DNA from: Octopus sinensis
Lineage: Eukaryota
Assembly: GCF_006345805.1 (NCBI RefSeq)
Contig: NC_042997.1
Coordinates: forward strand, 5,456,001 to 5,520,000
Length of the DNA: 64,000 nucleotides
Reading direction: 5' to 3'
Shown here: positions 13,760 through 26,813 of the stretch, piece after piece
How the letters are laid out: the number at the start of each line of letters is the position of its first letter
Numbering within the stretch: position 1 is the stretch's first letter
Program-made: the position numbers and the translations under genes
The notes under the pieces: generated by a model
Databases searched by the model: none
Told to the model about the DNA's origin: nothing
The model's input: the letters and a program-made list of their open reading frames with translations, nothing else

Positions 13760-14450
13760 AATAGAATTAATTAATTAAATTAATTAGATTAAATTAGATT
13801 TAATTAATTATATATATCACTGTACTCTTCAGTGCAAGAAGTGTAAACAAAATTTTTATAAAGTACTTGAGAAAGGAAAGAGCAGAATAGAATCTAGGAG
13901 ATTCATCTTTATCCTTACGAGAAAGAAAGCTATGTGTGAGTCCAGTTAGGTATTAATTAAAACTAAAGGCTATAACGGTTATTTGAAAATATAAGTGAGA
14001 GAGGTTCTAAAGACGTTCTCTCTATAGATGAGTAAAGAGATTGGAATTTCTAATTCCAAATAAATCGTGTTGGAAAAGATTCTAATTCCACATAAGTCGT
14101 GTAGAGAAAAGCATGGTTATATTTGAATTAAGATATGACCTGACAGTTAGAAACAATACTTATTGTGGTGTATATCTGAAAATGTTAATATATGGGAATG
14201 ATGTTAAACAAGGGAAGATAGTGTATAAAGAGCTCCTGTATTGTTAATGTAAACAAGTTTTATAGAGGCAAAAATGGATTAAAGAGAGAATAGGAGTAAA
14301 ATGGACTAGTGTTTGCTTAAGAACTAATATTCGTTATTTGCATTAACTATAATGTAAAAAATGCGTAAAAACAGACAAATAATTGTTAATAGTACAATTA
14401 GATAGTAAATACTTGCGGCTATGAACATGAAGAAAGAGCGGTTAGGGATT
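13760..14450 (-). pseudogene. Highly decayed possible Penelope-like RT remnant
   Basis: Weak motif echoes (PILS, SNLFTH, YFQI) in broken frames, by eye only. Confidence 0.3.
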
Positions 14451-15364
14451 TATTATTGGATGTATGAGTACGGATAAATAACAATGTAGGGGATATACTT
14501 GTGCTGAGAATGAAAAAAAAATAGAGAAAAATGCGAAAAATGTATATATAACTATGTTAAAGTATAAATACTAGGTAAGGAACTAGCTTGGCATAATGTA
14601 CGCATATAGATATAAGTGCAGACACATAGAAATAGTATATGGCATGCGTGTGCGTGCGAAACATACGTATATATGCAAGCGTGCATATTAAAACATACAC
14701 TTTAGTGGCAACGTATAGGGAATAAACACACAATAATAATAGACATGCACACACAGATGACATATAAGATTCATATCTAGATACGCACACACAGTTGTAT
14801 GCATGTAGGACACCAAGAAGTACTATATATGTTTGCATATATCAGCAGTAAAATATATTTATCAAGTGGAGTGATAAGTTACGTAAAACAGTATTAGTTA
14901 GAATGAGTATGTTGGGGGGTTTTAAAAGGACACATTATGCAAATGAAATGAAACAAAATACGCAGAATATATATATATATAGGTATATCATATACTAAGG
15001 AAACATGTTATTTAAAAAAAACAGATCTATTAAGAGAGAATGAAGTGCAGGGAGAGGTAGAAAAAGGATTAGGCCAATATATGGTGGGTCATGCAATTGT
15101 TAAAAGGAAAAGTTAGATAAATAAAAAAAATATATCAAGATAGTGTAAGATACAGTGATGTAAAGTGGATGTGATGGGTAATCGTATTTCATCGAGAAAG
15201 ATAATATATATAAATATTTTAAAAAAACACCAAAAACAAATCTAAGCAAGCGGGGAGTGAAGAAATATGGAAGTTTGATAAAAAGGAATTCGGTCATGCG
15301 TTTACATGAATAAGATCTTTCGTCCCTAGTGTTAACTATATTTACATTGATTCTCATTATGCTA

Positions 15365-15430
<66 letters not shown>

Positions 15431-16128
15431 GGACAGACAGCTAGATAGATATATAGATATATAGATAGATATATAGATGCATACATATTTACGCATGCAT
15501 ATATACATATATACCTATACTCACACAATTATGATGCTAATATTCATTGATAGTTGCTTGATCACAATTTCTTATGTGGAATTAATCAATACGGTACATC
15601 TGTAATGAATTAATACTCAAACAATAGTATTGCTGTAGGTAACATATATCTATTGCATATATATAATAGAGAATTATTTAAATTTTCTTTTGATTGAATA
15701 ACTATGTTTAGTTTGAAATCATTATTTATGCCATTATTTCATATTATCAAACTGGAACTCTAAAATCAATCTAAAGTTTTCATTTTCGCTCATTGCACTT
15801 TACTTGATTGGGGGTAGTTTGGAGAAAATGTATTTTCAGATTTAGATAAAGATATATAAGTAGAAAACCACACAAATAAAACGGAGATATTTATGAGGTA
15901 AGGAGGAAATAATTAAATAATAGAAGTAATTTTTCAAATACAAAGACTGGAACCGAAAACATTGCACTATGAATGGAAAGCGACAAACAAAGACTGTGTA
16001 TAATGAAAAAAAGGCGCTGAGAAAATGTCAAGAGACGATCACACGACACTTGTTGATAGAAAGCCAAAAAGAAATATGTGTATATGTATGTGTGTGTATC
16101 TATATATATATGTATGTAGATATATATA

Positions 16129-16175
<47 letters not shown>

Positions 16176-16188
16176 TATATATTATATA

Positions 16189-16237
<49 letters not shown>

Positions 16238-16238
16238 C

Positions 16239-16301
<63 letters not shown>

Positions 16302-16302
<1 letters not shown>

Positions 16303-16485
16303 CGGGAAGCTTTATGAAAATAAACAAAAGACGAAGGCAGGTGGAATACAAACAAACAATTGTATTAGTATGGCGCTCAGGAATATAAATAAAACAAGTC
16401 TTTTACGTTTCGAGCCTACGCTCTTCAACATATAGATACACAGAACAGAAACATGGAGAGAAACAAGGAGAGAAAAAAAATGCGT
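16302..16485 (-). mobile_element. Family A hammerhead mini-element, copy 2
   Basis: Matches copy 1. Hammerhead at 16399-16436 has C3>A and a stem I mismatch. 3' end abuts (TA)n. Confidence 0.85.
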
Positions 16486-16819
16486 GTATGGTATATATAT
16501 ATATACCATACACATGCACACATTTTGGTTACAGACATAGAGACAAAGAAACAGAAACGCACACACACACACTTATGTACACCCAACATGAAAAATGCAC
16601 ACCTCAACTGCTACACACAACACGCACACACTCGCAATTTACAGACGCTCACATTTACACCCGCACATACACACACATGTCAGTCACTAGCTCCTATTCA
16701 CACGATCACATACTTACACATTCACACACACACCATCCTGACATACACACACGCGCGCAATTTTATTTGGGAGGACCAGCACTTTATTATCTCCCTTTCT
16801 TTTAAACATCTCTTCTAAT

Positions 16820-17004
16820 CATTTTGACCGCTAAAACTATGAGTTTTTTTTCATTCTCACTTTTATTTCCTCTTATTCCTTTCTGTTGAAAAGCGTAGGC
16901 TCGAAATGTAAAATACTTTTTCATTTTCCCGAGCGTCAAACATATACACCTGCTTGTTGTTCATACACCTGTCTTCGTATTTTGTTCTTGTATAAATTTG
17001 AACC
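16820..17004 (+). mobile_element. Family A hammerhead mini-element, copy 3 (more diverged)
   Basis: ccttt-CTGTTGA-A-AAGC(GTAG)GCTC-GAAA-TGT-A-aaata at 16878-16915, then a diverged tail and (TA)n. Confidence 0.75.
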
Positions 17005-17046
<42 letters not shown>

Positions 17047-17094
17047 GTATGTATGTATATATATATATGTATATGTATATATAGATAGATACTG

Positions 17095-17143
<49 letters not shown>

Positions 17144-17282
17144 GATCAATAAATGGTGGGGTTGTGTTGACCGCACGTGGAGAAATGATAAGTAAGGAAA
17201 AATTTTTTTAAAAATGCAGAATGCTCAAATGAAAGAAAATTTTAATAAAATGAGAAAATGATAAAATATATAAATATATATT

Positions 17283-17323
17283 TATTCAACCGGTTTTCGT
17301 CATTGTATGACTTGTCAAGAATA
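17283..17323 (-). ncRNA. Minimal type I hammerhead motif with U3-A8 compensatory core
   Basis: Minus strand reads TATTC-TTGACAA-GTCA(TACAA)TGAC-GAAA-ACCGGT-T-GAATA. Stems I and II are perfect and stem III is palindromic. There is one extra A in the GAAA run. Confidence 0.65.
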
Positions 17324-17954
17324 TTTATGTTTTAAGAAGTTATTTTAAAAATTAGAAAGGGGAAAAAAAGAAAATTGCATTGTTTTTGTAAAAGAATAAT
17401 GATAAAAATGTACAAAAATAAAAAATAAGTTCTCCGATACATTGTGAGTTCGTTGTGTATCTTGAGTTTTATGGTTGTTTACCAAAAAATTACCTTGAGG
17501 TGTTAAGATCCAAAGGGATTAAGAGCATGTGATGTGTTGTGTTGTTAAATTCAGCATGTTGCAGGACAGGAAGTAGTAGTAATTGTGGTCCTGGTTCTTC
17601 AGTTCCTGTGTTGTGGGTAAGGGGAGACAACTCTTTTGAGTTCTTCAATAAAACCCAAATTATAAAACTATCATTTTAGCTTCATTTGCATTATCTTTTT
17701 TATATAATTGCTTGTTAACTTAACTTTCAGATTTTAACACTTTATTTATATTATTTTCTAATAATATAAATCTGCATAGACAATTGCATTTCAAATTGTC
17801 ATATCATTTATAATAAAATGATATAGTAATAACAACAATAGTAAAAATGATATTTAAAGAATATAAGTTTTAGCTTGAAATGATGAATGCATGGTATCTT
17901 TATATATTTGTGTTAGTCCATCCATGAAGAGTGAGGTAGAGAAAGGAAGTTTGA

Positions 17955-19718
17955 TCAACGAGGAGTTTGCATATTAAGTTGTGTTTGGAATTTTTCAATA
18001 AAGAGATTCTCCTTGTTAATTCTCTCCTGTGTGGTGATCCCGTCTTTACATTGGTAGAAGGGGAATATATAGAATTTGGGGTTTAAGTCTTTAGCACATG
18101 AGTCTAAGTGGTCACTCAGTGGAATTTGTCGGTATTCCGGGAGATTTATTTGTTCTTTATGCACCGTTACTCGTTTACGTAACGGGAGACTCGTTTGTCC
18201 AACATAATTATGTTGGCAACCAGCGCATGTGAGAACGTAGATAAGGTTCTCGGAGGAACAGGAGAAGTTAGTCTTGATTTTAAAATTCGTACCTTGTTTG
18301 AAGGTAAATTCAGAGCCTTCAAGTAGAAAGGGGCAGGTACCACAGTTTGAGCGTGCACATTTTTTTACTGTTGGGGGTGGATGTGGTGGTGTGTGAAGTT
18401 TGGCATTTGTCAAGAGTTTTTTTAAAGATTTGTGTTGCCTTTTGCATTTGAGGATTTTGTGTGTATTTATAATGTTTTTCATTTTTGGGTCTGTTGACAG
18501 TAGACTGAGGTTTTGTATGATTGTGGTGTATGCTTCGATATTTTTGGGGTTGTGGGTGGAAATGTATGGAAGTATTTTGAGGTTGTGTGTGGTGTTAGGT
18601 TGGGTGGTTTTCAGTGTAGTGTTGTCTAGTTTTTGGCGCGTTTTATTCCATACTCTATAAGGGTGGAGGGATATTGACGTTGTAATAGTGTTTTTTTGAG
18701 GTCTTGAAGGCGTATTTCTCGTGTTTTTGGATCCGAGACAATGGTGCATACCCTTTTAGCTAAATTGAAAGGGATATTTGTCTTGGTGTGTTTTGGGTGG
18801 CATGAACTAAAGAGGAGGTATTGTTGTGAGTCTGTAGGTTTGTGGTAGATGTCTGTTATGATTTGGTTCTTAGGTGTTTTTATAATTAGGAGATCAAGGA
18901 ATGGGAGATGATGTTTGCTTAATTCCATAGTGAATTGGATGTTGGGATGTATGTTGTTTAGTATGGTTTTGAATTCCAGGAGTTTTCATAAGGTTCTTTC
19001 CATATGATGAAACAATCATCTAAATACCTTTTCCAGTTTTCCATTAGGTAGGTGTGGAAAACATGTCCAAATTTCTGGCTTGATATTTCATAGAGTGACA
19101 GTTCGAAGTAACCCATTATGAGGTTCGCAAGGACTGGTGCAGCCTTGGTACCCATCGCAATGCCACATTTTTGACGGTAGTGTGTGTCGTCGAAGAGAAA
19201 AAAATTGTTTGTCAGAATGAACTTAAGAGATTCTGTAATAAAAGACTTGTTAATGCGGTCAGGGAATGTCTCTGGGTGTTTTTCTAGCCAGAAGTCAATT
19301 GCCTCTATACCATACTCGTGTGGAATGTTGGTGTAGAGGTTGATGACATCAAAGGATACCAGGAGTGCCTCCTCGTTAACTGTTTTCGGGAGGTGTTTGA
19401 GCATGTCCAGATCATCCCTAATGAAACTTTTGATGTGGGTAAGGAAAGGTTTCAAAAGGATGTCTAGGAAGTTACTCAGGCGGTGTGTTTCACAGGAGGT
19501 ACCAGCCACGATGGGCCTTAGTTTTAGGTCCTCCGGTGCTTTGATGTTGATGTGGATGTCAGTGGAGAGTTTGCAGGCTTCGGTGATGTATTTGTTTTTA
19601 TGGATTTTAGGAAGGCCATAAAAAAGGCTGGGCTTGCATTTGAAAATGGTGATATAATCCCTTTCTTTTTCTGTGAGTCCCTGACAGTGTGGCGTATGAG
19701 TGTGGTGAGGTTTCTGAT
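17955..19718 (-). pseudogene. Penelope-like RT/GIY-YIG ORF split over three frames
   Basis: ORFs 18958-19980 (real part from ~19718), 18626-18928 and 17955-18749 join into one protein through frameshifts near 18960 and ~18630. No internal stops otherwise. Confidence 0.9.
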
Positions 19719-20143
<425 letters not shown>

Positions 20144-20145
<2 letters not shown>

Positions 20146-20350
20146 TGTTGATTCGTTAGCTACTGGACGCATTTTTTTTCTCTCCTTCTTTCTGTGTTTT
20201 TTTCTCTCTGTGTATCTTTCTGTTGAAGAGCGTAGTCTCGAAACGTTAAAGACTTGTTTTATTTATATTTCCTGAGCGCCATACTAATACAATTGTTCGT
20301 TTGTTTTCCACCTGCCTTCGTCTTTTGTCTATTTTCATAAAGCTTCCCGT
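20144..20350 (+). mobile_element. Family A hammerhead mini-element, copy 4
   Basis: TCTTT-CTGTTGA-A-GAGC(GTAG)TCTC-GAAA-CGT-T-AAAGA at 20215-20252. Both ends in TA repeats. Confidence 0.85.
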
Positions 20351-20360
20351 TATATATATG

Positions 20361-20540
20361 CATGTATAGGTACAGGACATAAAAAAATCATGGAACACAA
20401 TGAAAAACGAAAACATAAAAACAAAAACATAGAAACGAACTTTTTTGAATCAACGAAATAGAAACAGAGTAAAAGACATACAAGACAAGGAATATTCCCC
20501 TTCTTCACTTGTCCCTGTTAATCTACTCCCCATTTCGAAG
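20361..20540 (-). repeat. Interspersed repeat, family B (pLTR-like, contains hammerhead-core-like words)
   Basis: Homologous to ~47655-47830 (-). Related cores at 27835-27878 and 44542-44580. Confidence 0.65.
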
Positions 20541-20699
20541 GTATGTAGGTATGTACATATATGTATGTATATATGCATATATGAATATATTATTTATATT
20601 ATTATATGATCGAACGCCATGCACTATTTTCCAAGTAAGTTTTATATATATATGAATATATATATGAATTTATATATATATATACTTCTGAAAATAGAC

Positions 20700-20890
20700 T
20701 ACTGGAGCAGACTCAATGCTGTACCAGCGATGGCATTTGTACCATCCAATTCAACGTTTTGACTTTCATCACTTGTAAATACATCCCCGAGATACATAAA
20801 CTTTTCCACTTACCCTAGTGATGTTTAACTAACATGCAGATTGCACTGGGAAGACCTTCGACTATTACCATCCAAAAGAGTTTTCCAACT
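20700..20890 (-). pseudogene. RTE-clade LINE fragment (post-RT region)
   Basis: Translates as SRRSSQCNLHVS*TSLG*VEKFMYLGDVFTSDESQN (cf. QVEKFKYLGVVFTSDG). Confidence 0.65.
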
Positions 20891-21779
20891 CAATATTTAT
20901 GTTCTTCGAAAGACATTTTCCAAAAGCGTATTATCTGGAGTGATATTTGTTCTACTTAGTTTCACCAAGACAAATTAAAGAGAGCAAAATATTTAAAAAT
21001 TGTAAATGAAAATCTAAAGAATTTTTCCAATATCCCGGTGTGTTTTCCGTAGTTTAATATTTCTAAATCCAAACATAAATGTAGCTCCATTTAATTGCTC
21101 GTGTAGATATTCGTAAATATTTAATTGCTCGATCCGAAACAACAAAGACGCTTGAGAAAGAAAAAGAAAACGTCTTAATTGATTTATTCAGTTTTTTTTT
21201 TTCAATCAGAAAGCAAATGAGATAAATTTAGTGTTGTGTGAATAATTAAGAAATCTGAACGCATCAGCAAACTAACCTCCAGTTTAATGAGAGTAGTAAA
21301 ACAGAAAATTACTTTATCTATTCTATTATATTCTGCACAAATCATCGCATATTATACATTAAATACTTTACATTAATTCCCATTGCATTCTATATTTGAT
21401 TATTTTCATTAATTATAATTCGGAGTTGTCTCCCTCTACTGTTAGAAAATGAGAAATTCTAATTATCTCCGGGTACAATTTGAGTAAAATTCATTCGTCA
21501 GTTTTACTTCTATACAAGCAACAGAGTGTTTCTTTATTTATTTTCGATCGTCCAACAACTCCCAGGCTTTAGCATGCGCTCGTCCTTATACACAGTTCAT
21601 TTCGGTAGGCATTTTCTCTTAATAAATGTACATATTTTTCCTACTAATCATACCATCACCACCACCACCTATGCTATCATCACCACCATAATGCTGTTGC
21701 TTTTTTGCTAAACTACTACTGCTACTGTTATCACCACTGCTGTCCTTATTTCTGCTGCTGCTACTACTACTACTACTTA

Positions 21780-22550
21780 TAGATATGTAAATTTTTTCCA
21801 TCCTCTCACAGAGAATCGGGCGATGAGTGTTTTCCAAGTGGTGCCGTTCTGAACCAAACTGCACTCTTCTTCCAAGATGATACCCATCTTCAAGTTTTTC
21901 CGCAAAAACCTTTGGAATGACTTCGCGGGAAAGCTTCTCTTTCAGTAAACGCAGTACATGATGAAGCAGCTTCCTTCGTCTAGCTGTGGCAGTGCCTTAC
22001 AGTTTACTTGCTCTAGCCCTTCTCATGATTTCATTGTTTCTGATGTGGATACGCTAAATGATCTTCAGGATATTTGTAAGGCACTGGCTATGGAAATCAT
22101 TCACCATATTACAAAACCTGTCTGTATGTCTGTCTTCATATTTCACTTGCGTACAATACTGTAGAAATATTAGTTTGTATAGACGAATGAAATATGGTGA
22201 ATGAAATAGCATGACCATATTCATCTCAACTGTTGGAAAACAGCCATCTTTTGCCAAGTCTAAAATTGACTTCAATTTCTGCTTCTCCACCTCTGCAAAT
22301 GTTACTGCCTAGATTTGTAAAAGAATCGACAAATTCAATATTGTGTCCACCAAGATTGATGAGTTTAATTGGTGCATATTATATTGACGAAGAGAATACT
22401 TTTATTCAAACATTCAACCATTCCTGTACTTCAATCGATGTCTTTAAAATCATATTATTTATAAGGTACTTTCGAATGAAGTAGTCCGTGTATGTGGCTA
22501 GTACATATTTCATTAAAGCAAAAGCGGTGAAATTCAAAAGCGGCTCCTGG
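21780..22550 (-). pseudogene. 3' fragment of an RTE-clade LINE
   Basis: Broken frames give LGGHNIEFVDSFTNLGSNI, STVLYASEI, DFHSQCLTNILKI, RRRKLLHHVLRL and QNGTTWKTLI. A (TAG/CAG)n-type tail follows at ~21650-21778. Confidence 0.75.
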
Positions 22551-22875
22551 GTAATTTCAGCACAAAAATTCACAAGTGTGCACTTAAATGCCGCACTTAA
22601 TGCACTTTTCTCTCATTTGTGTCTCACAACAAATGATAACTTAACATTAACAATGTACTGTAATTAACATGAATAATAATTGATTATATGAATACTTACT
22701 GGCTATTGAACGTGCACTATTAATATAGTACTTAAAAACTCCAGCAGAAACTGATTAAATATAACAGAGTACAAGTTACGAGGAGTGTCTCGGTGTTATT
22801 TTATTGACTATCAGATGATGAAATTTTGTAAATTATGAGCTAGCATACATTATAGGTGTTTTCTTATTTTAACAG

Positions 22876-22975
22876 TACCAATTGCCCATCCAGTTCTGAA
22901 TAATACCTTTTCAGGATTACCGTATTTTCTAGTAAACAAGTTGAATTTTTCAGATGAAAATATAGAACCAAAAAT
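22876..22975 (+). other. Candidate coding exon, weakly LRR-like (unverified)
   Basis: Acceptor ttttcttattttaacAG, donor GTAGGT, 100 nt open: PIAHPVLNNTFSGLPYFLVNKLNFSDENIEPK. Confidence 0.3.
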
Positions 22976-23727
22976 GTAGGTAGACAGATAGACTCAAACG
23001 ACTTTACAGGGCCAAGAATTCCCTGTGCAGACGCTTGAATGTATACACCAAATGTTAACACTCTACAATATGTTCAATTGCATGCCGGAAAATAAGCTAG
23101 TTTATTATTGCCCTTCGCGATACAAACATCAAACATCATACTCGGTGAATTTATCGAATGCTAATGGAAACAGTTCTTATCATTTTTCTAGTTCCAGGGG
23201 AATGGGAAATATTCTCATTCTATTGCAAGTAATATTATTCTGACTTGCTAGCACCTTGGCTGCCAACTTATATATGTTGTGACGTAGAAGTACTACGAAT
23301 TCCGGTAACATTTAAAAAAACTTAAGATCATGAGGTGAAATACTCTAAAACCTAATAATATTCTGGCAGTTTTCACTTACAAAACGATGCCCAAGAAATC
23401 CTTAAGTACTCGAGATGTATTTGTACATCAGCTTTAATCTGTGTTGGGGTGTTCGAGGGAATCTTATTGCAGAGTATTGTCTTTTAAACTTCACTCAGTA
23501 TAAAATATGAGTGTGTTCTGTGCGCGCGTATGTGTGTGTATGTGTGTTGATGTCTATATGTGTGTATTTGTGTGTGTGTGTGGCGCGCACTCAGTAAGGA
23601 CTGAAATGAAGTACTATTATATACATGCATAATATATATATATATATATATATACATAGATACGCACACACGTGCACACAAACATACATATATATACATA
23701 TAAATAAATAAATATATATGAATATAT

Positions 23728-23815
<88 letters not shown>

Positions 23816-23962
23816 AGTGAGTTTGTGTGTGTGTGTGTGTATCCTCTATGTTCATTTACGGGAAACATTTTGAATATGCATATAGAAGCTCCTACTTTAT
23901 TGTGCAGGCTACAACATTTTGGGATTGTCTCGAGCTGTGCCGAAATAATGAAGGAGAAATAA

Positions 23963-24028
<66 letters not shown>

Positions 24029-24451
24029 CCATCGCTACGCGCGTTTCCACAATTCACATATTCCTTCCTGGGATGATTACAGTACAGTCTGTCGTGTCCA
24101 TGAACATCGAGTGGATCATATTCATGCGTTCATTGTTTCGGAAGATATATATATATATATAGATAGACAGATAGATAGATAGAGAGAGAGAGAGAGAAAG
24201 AAAGAGAGAGAGAGCCTGAGATATATAGATAGATGGGAAAGAAAGTTATTGTATTCCATATTGGTAGAAATACAGAAAAAGGAAGGTGAAAATGAACTAG
24301 ATGTTTTTAAAAGATTTATTGTTAAAGGCTTAACCGGATTCACAGATTTTTCTGATTTTCAGAAGTTAAGTGAGCTAGAAGACGCGTGATTATTCCGCAA
24401 CTTCTTTTATATATGTATGTTTGTATATATGTATGTTTGTATATATATGTA

Positions 24452-24542
<91 letters not shown>

Positions 24543-25725
24543 TTGTGTATGTGTGTGTTGTGTAGAAATACCTAGACTTGTGACTGATGGGCAATGATAC
24601 CAAGCTTCGAAGGAAACAACTCTAAAATATCCCATCCGACTCAGAACCTGCAGTTGAAGAATTTCTCGTTTTTCGCTCTTGCGAGCAATTTTCATTTAAT
24701 TATGGATACTTAGTGTGCACAGATATTTACGTCAATCCATTTGTCACTTGCGACTGTCCAATGATATACATATATCTCATTAATGAGTCAGTTACGTGAA
24801 TTATTCAACGTTTATGTGCATCCGTTTGCATTACATCTGCGGCGTTATTAAAGAATTGAAGAAAATGCTGTACGGCCTTTGCTTTGACTTTTAGCGTTTT
24901 GAGTTCAAATCCGGCCGCGTTCAACTTTACCTTTCTGGAGTCCATAAAAATGTGCCAGTCCGAGTTGTTGACTGAAAAGAAAATGTGAAAAAGGGGACCA
25001 GAAGGCCTTGCGGAATTTCTTTCGATTTTTTGCACTGCGAGTTTCATTTCCTTGATAGCCGACTTTGATAGCAGACCGTGTACGTTCTCCAGTTTAACAC
25101 TAACACTCGGTAACCTAGGCGCTTTCAGAGGAGACTACTCTGTTTCAAACATTCGGGTAAGGTATAGAGTTTGCTAATACCTTTCTCCCAAAAGTCTTGG
25201 ACACCTCGTAATAGGTCTTACGTACCATCTTCTGTGATTTCTAAAGATGCAAGTAAAATATTGCTAAATGGGAAAAACAACACCATATGAATTATAATTC
25301 TTCAGCTATAGATGTTATTTCGATTTAAATTCGTAGTAAACTACCGCAATTACTCATATAAATTCTCTTTCGTAAACTTGGAATGGCACATATTTCTGCT
25401 GCTGGGTAAAGCATTATTTAAACTATGATAACTACGCATATAGATAAAGACGAACACATATGTATGCATGTATATGTACAGACATATATACACTTATATG
25501 CGTTAACGAAGAGAAGTAAATAATTGTAAATGTAAATATTTGTCACAAAAATTAAAATTCACGTTGACAAAGGAAAATTAACGAAAATACAAAGTATTGC
25601 TTTTAACGTGCATTAGACATACTCAGCGTCAGAACTGTCGACAAATACACCTACGTTTATATTGGTTAAGTCTTCGGGTGTAAATGCTTCGAAACATATT
25701 TTACTCTTTTAATCTGTTTGTCTGT

Positions 25726-25845
<120 letters not shown>

Positions 25846-26354
25846 ATACAAACTTACGTAGTAACATCTACACACAAACTCATAGAAACATAGGCACATT
25901 TGCATATATGCATTTATATGTATGTATGTGTACGTATGTATATGTATGTATGTGTATGTATGTATATGTATATACACACATACCACCCACACATATATGC
26001 AATCTATGTTTGTGCGTGTGTAAGGATGTATGTGTGTAGGTATGTGTGTGCGCGTGCATGCGGGTATGTGACTGTGTGCATGTTTACTCTCAAATACGAT
26101 GGCATGTCAAAAGTATTATACTCCAAATGAAGATAGATACCTGAATGGACATAATATTCATTCCATAACACATAATATATTGCAAGACTATGTATCCGAT
26201 CAAACCAAATTTAGCAAAAATACTTTTTTGTCAATATATTTTCTATGTACGTATGATATTTATATTATTTTAAAATTCTCTGTATATAGTTACATGAAGT
26301 TACAATCAAACACACTTCATAATATTAAAGATTTTATACGTCTATATAGTAAGA

Positions 26355-26715
26355 AGTTTGCTTCCCACATGGTTCCTGGTTCAGTCTCACTGCGTGGCAC
26401 ATTGCGGAGGTGTCTTCTGGTATAGCGTTGGTATGACCAAAGCCTTGTTAGTGGATCTGTTGTACGGTATCTAAAACAAGCCAATCGTATTTATGCGCGT
26501 GTGTTTGCTCGTGTTTGTAACCGTGTTTGTCCACCACTACCAACATCGTTTGACAACCGGTGTTGGTCTGTTTACGACACCCTGACTTAGTGGTTTGAGT
26601 AAAAAGACAAAGAGAATATGGACTAGATTTCAAAATATAAATACCTGGTCTATTCCTTCGACTAAAATTGTTCAAGGCCCTAGCATGGCCGCAGTCTAAT
26701 GACTGAAACAAGTAA
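26355..26715 (+). mobile_element. Abundant tRNA-derived SINE (family of 39485-39845)
   Basis: 'cccacatggttcctggttcagtctcactgcgtggcac...agcatggccgcagtctaatgactgaaacaagtaaaa'. Other copies at ~29200-29660(-), 31090-31410(+), 40735-41105(+), 49530-49720(-) and 55195-55385(+). Confidence 0.8.
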
Positions 26716-26813
26716 AAAATACGTTCACTGAAAATCACTCGAAATAATGAGTCGCCCTTTAAAATATATTACAACGTTCATCTCCCAATATGTACACATT
26801 CGCTATACCCATA

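Larger units (their letters stand above)
17170..19718 (-). mobile_element. Penelope-like retroelement, 5'-truncated, with RT and C-terminal GIY-YIG endonuclease
   Basis: RT motifs [33 protein letters not shown] and RYLDD; thumb PFLDL..YHKPTD..CHPKH; CxxxxCxxC linker; EN LIYVLTCAGCQHNYVGQT..RVTVH. Both ends lie in (TA)n arrays. Confidence 0.95.

Noticed and set aside
17955-18400. Possible selenocysteine recoding, as reported for some Naiad Penelope-like elements
   Set aside because: The zinc-finger and EN cysteines are ordinary Cys codons, with no in-frame UGA in this ORF.
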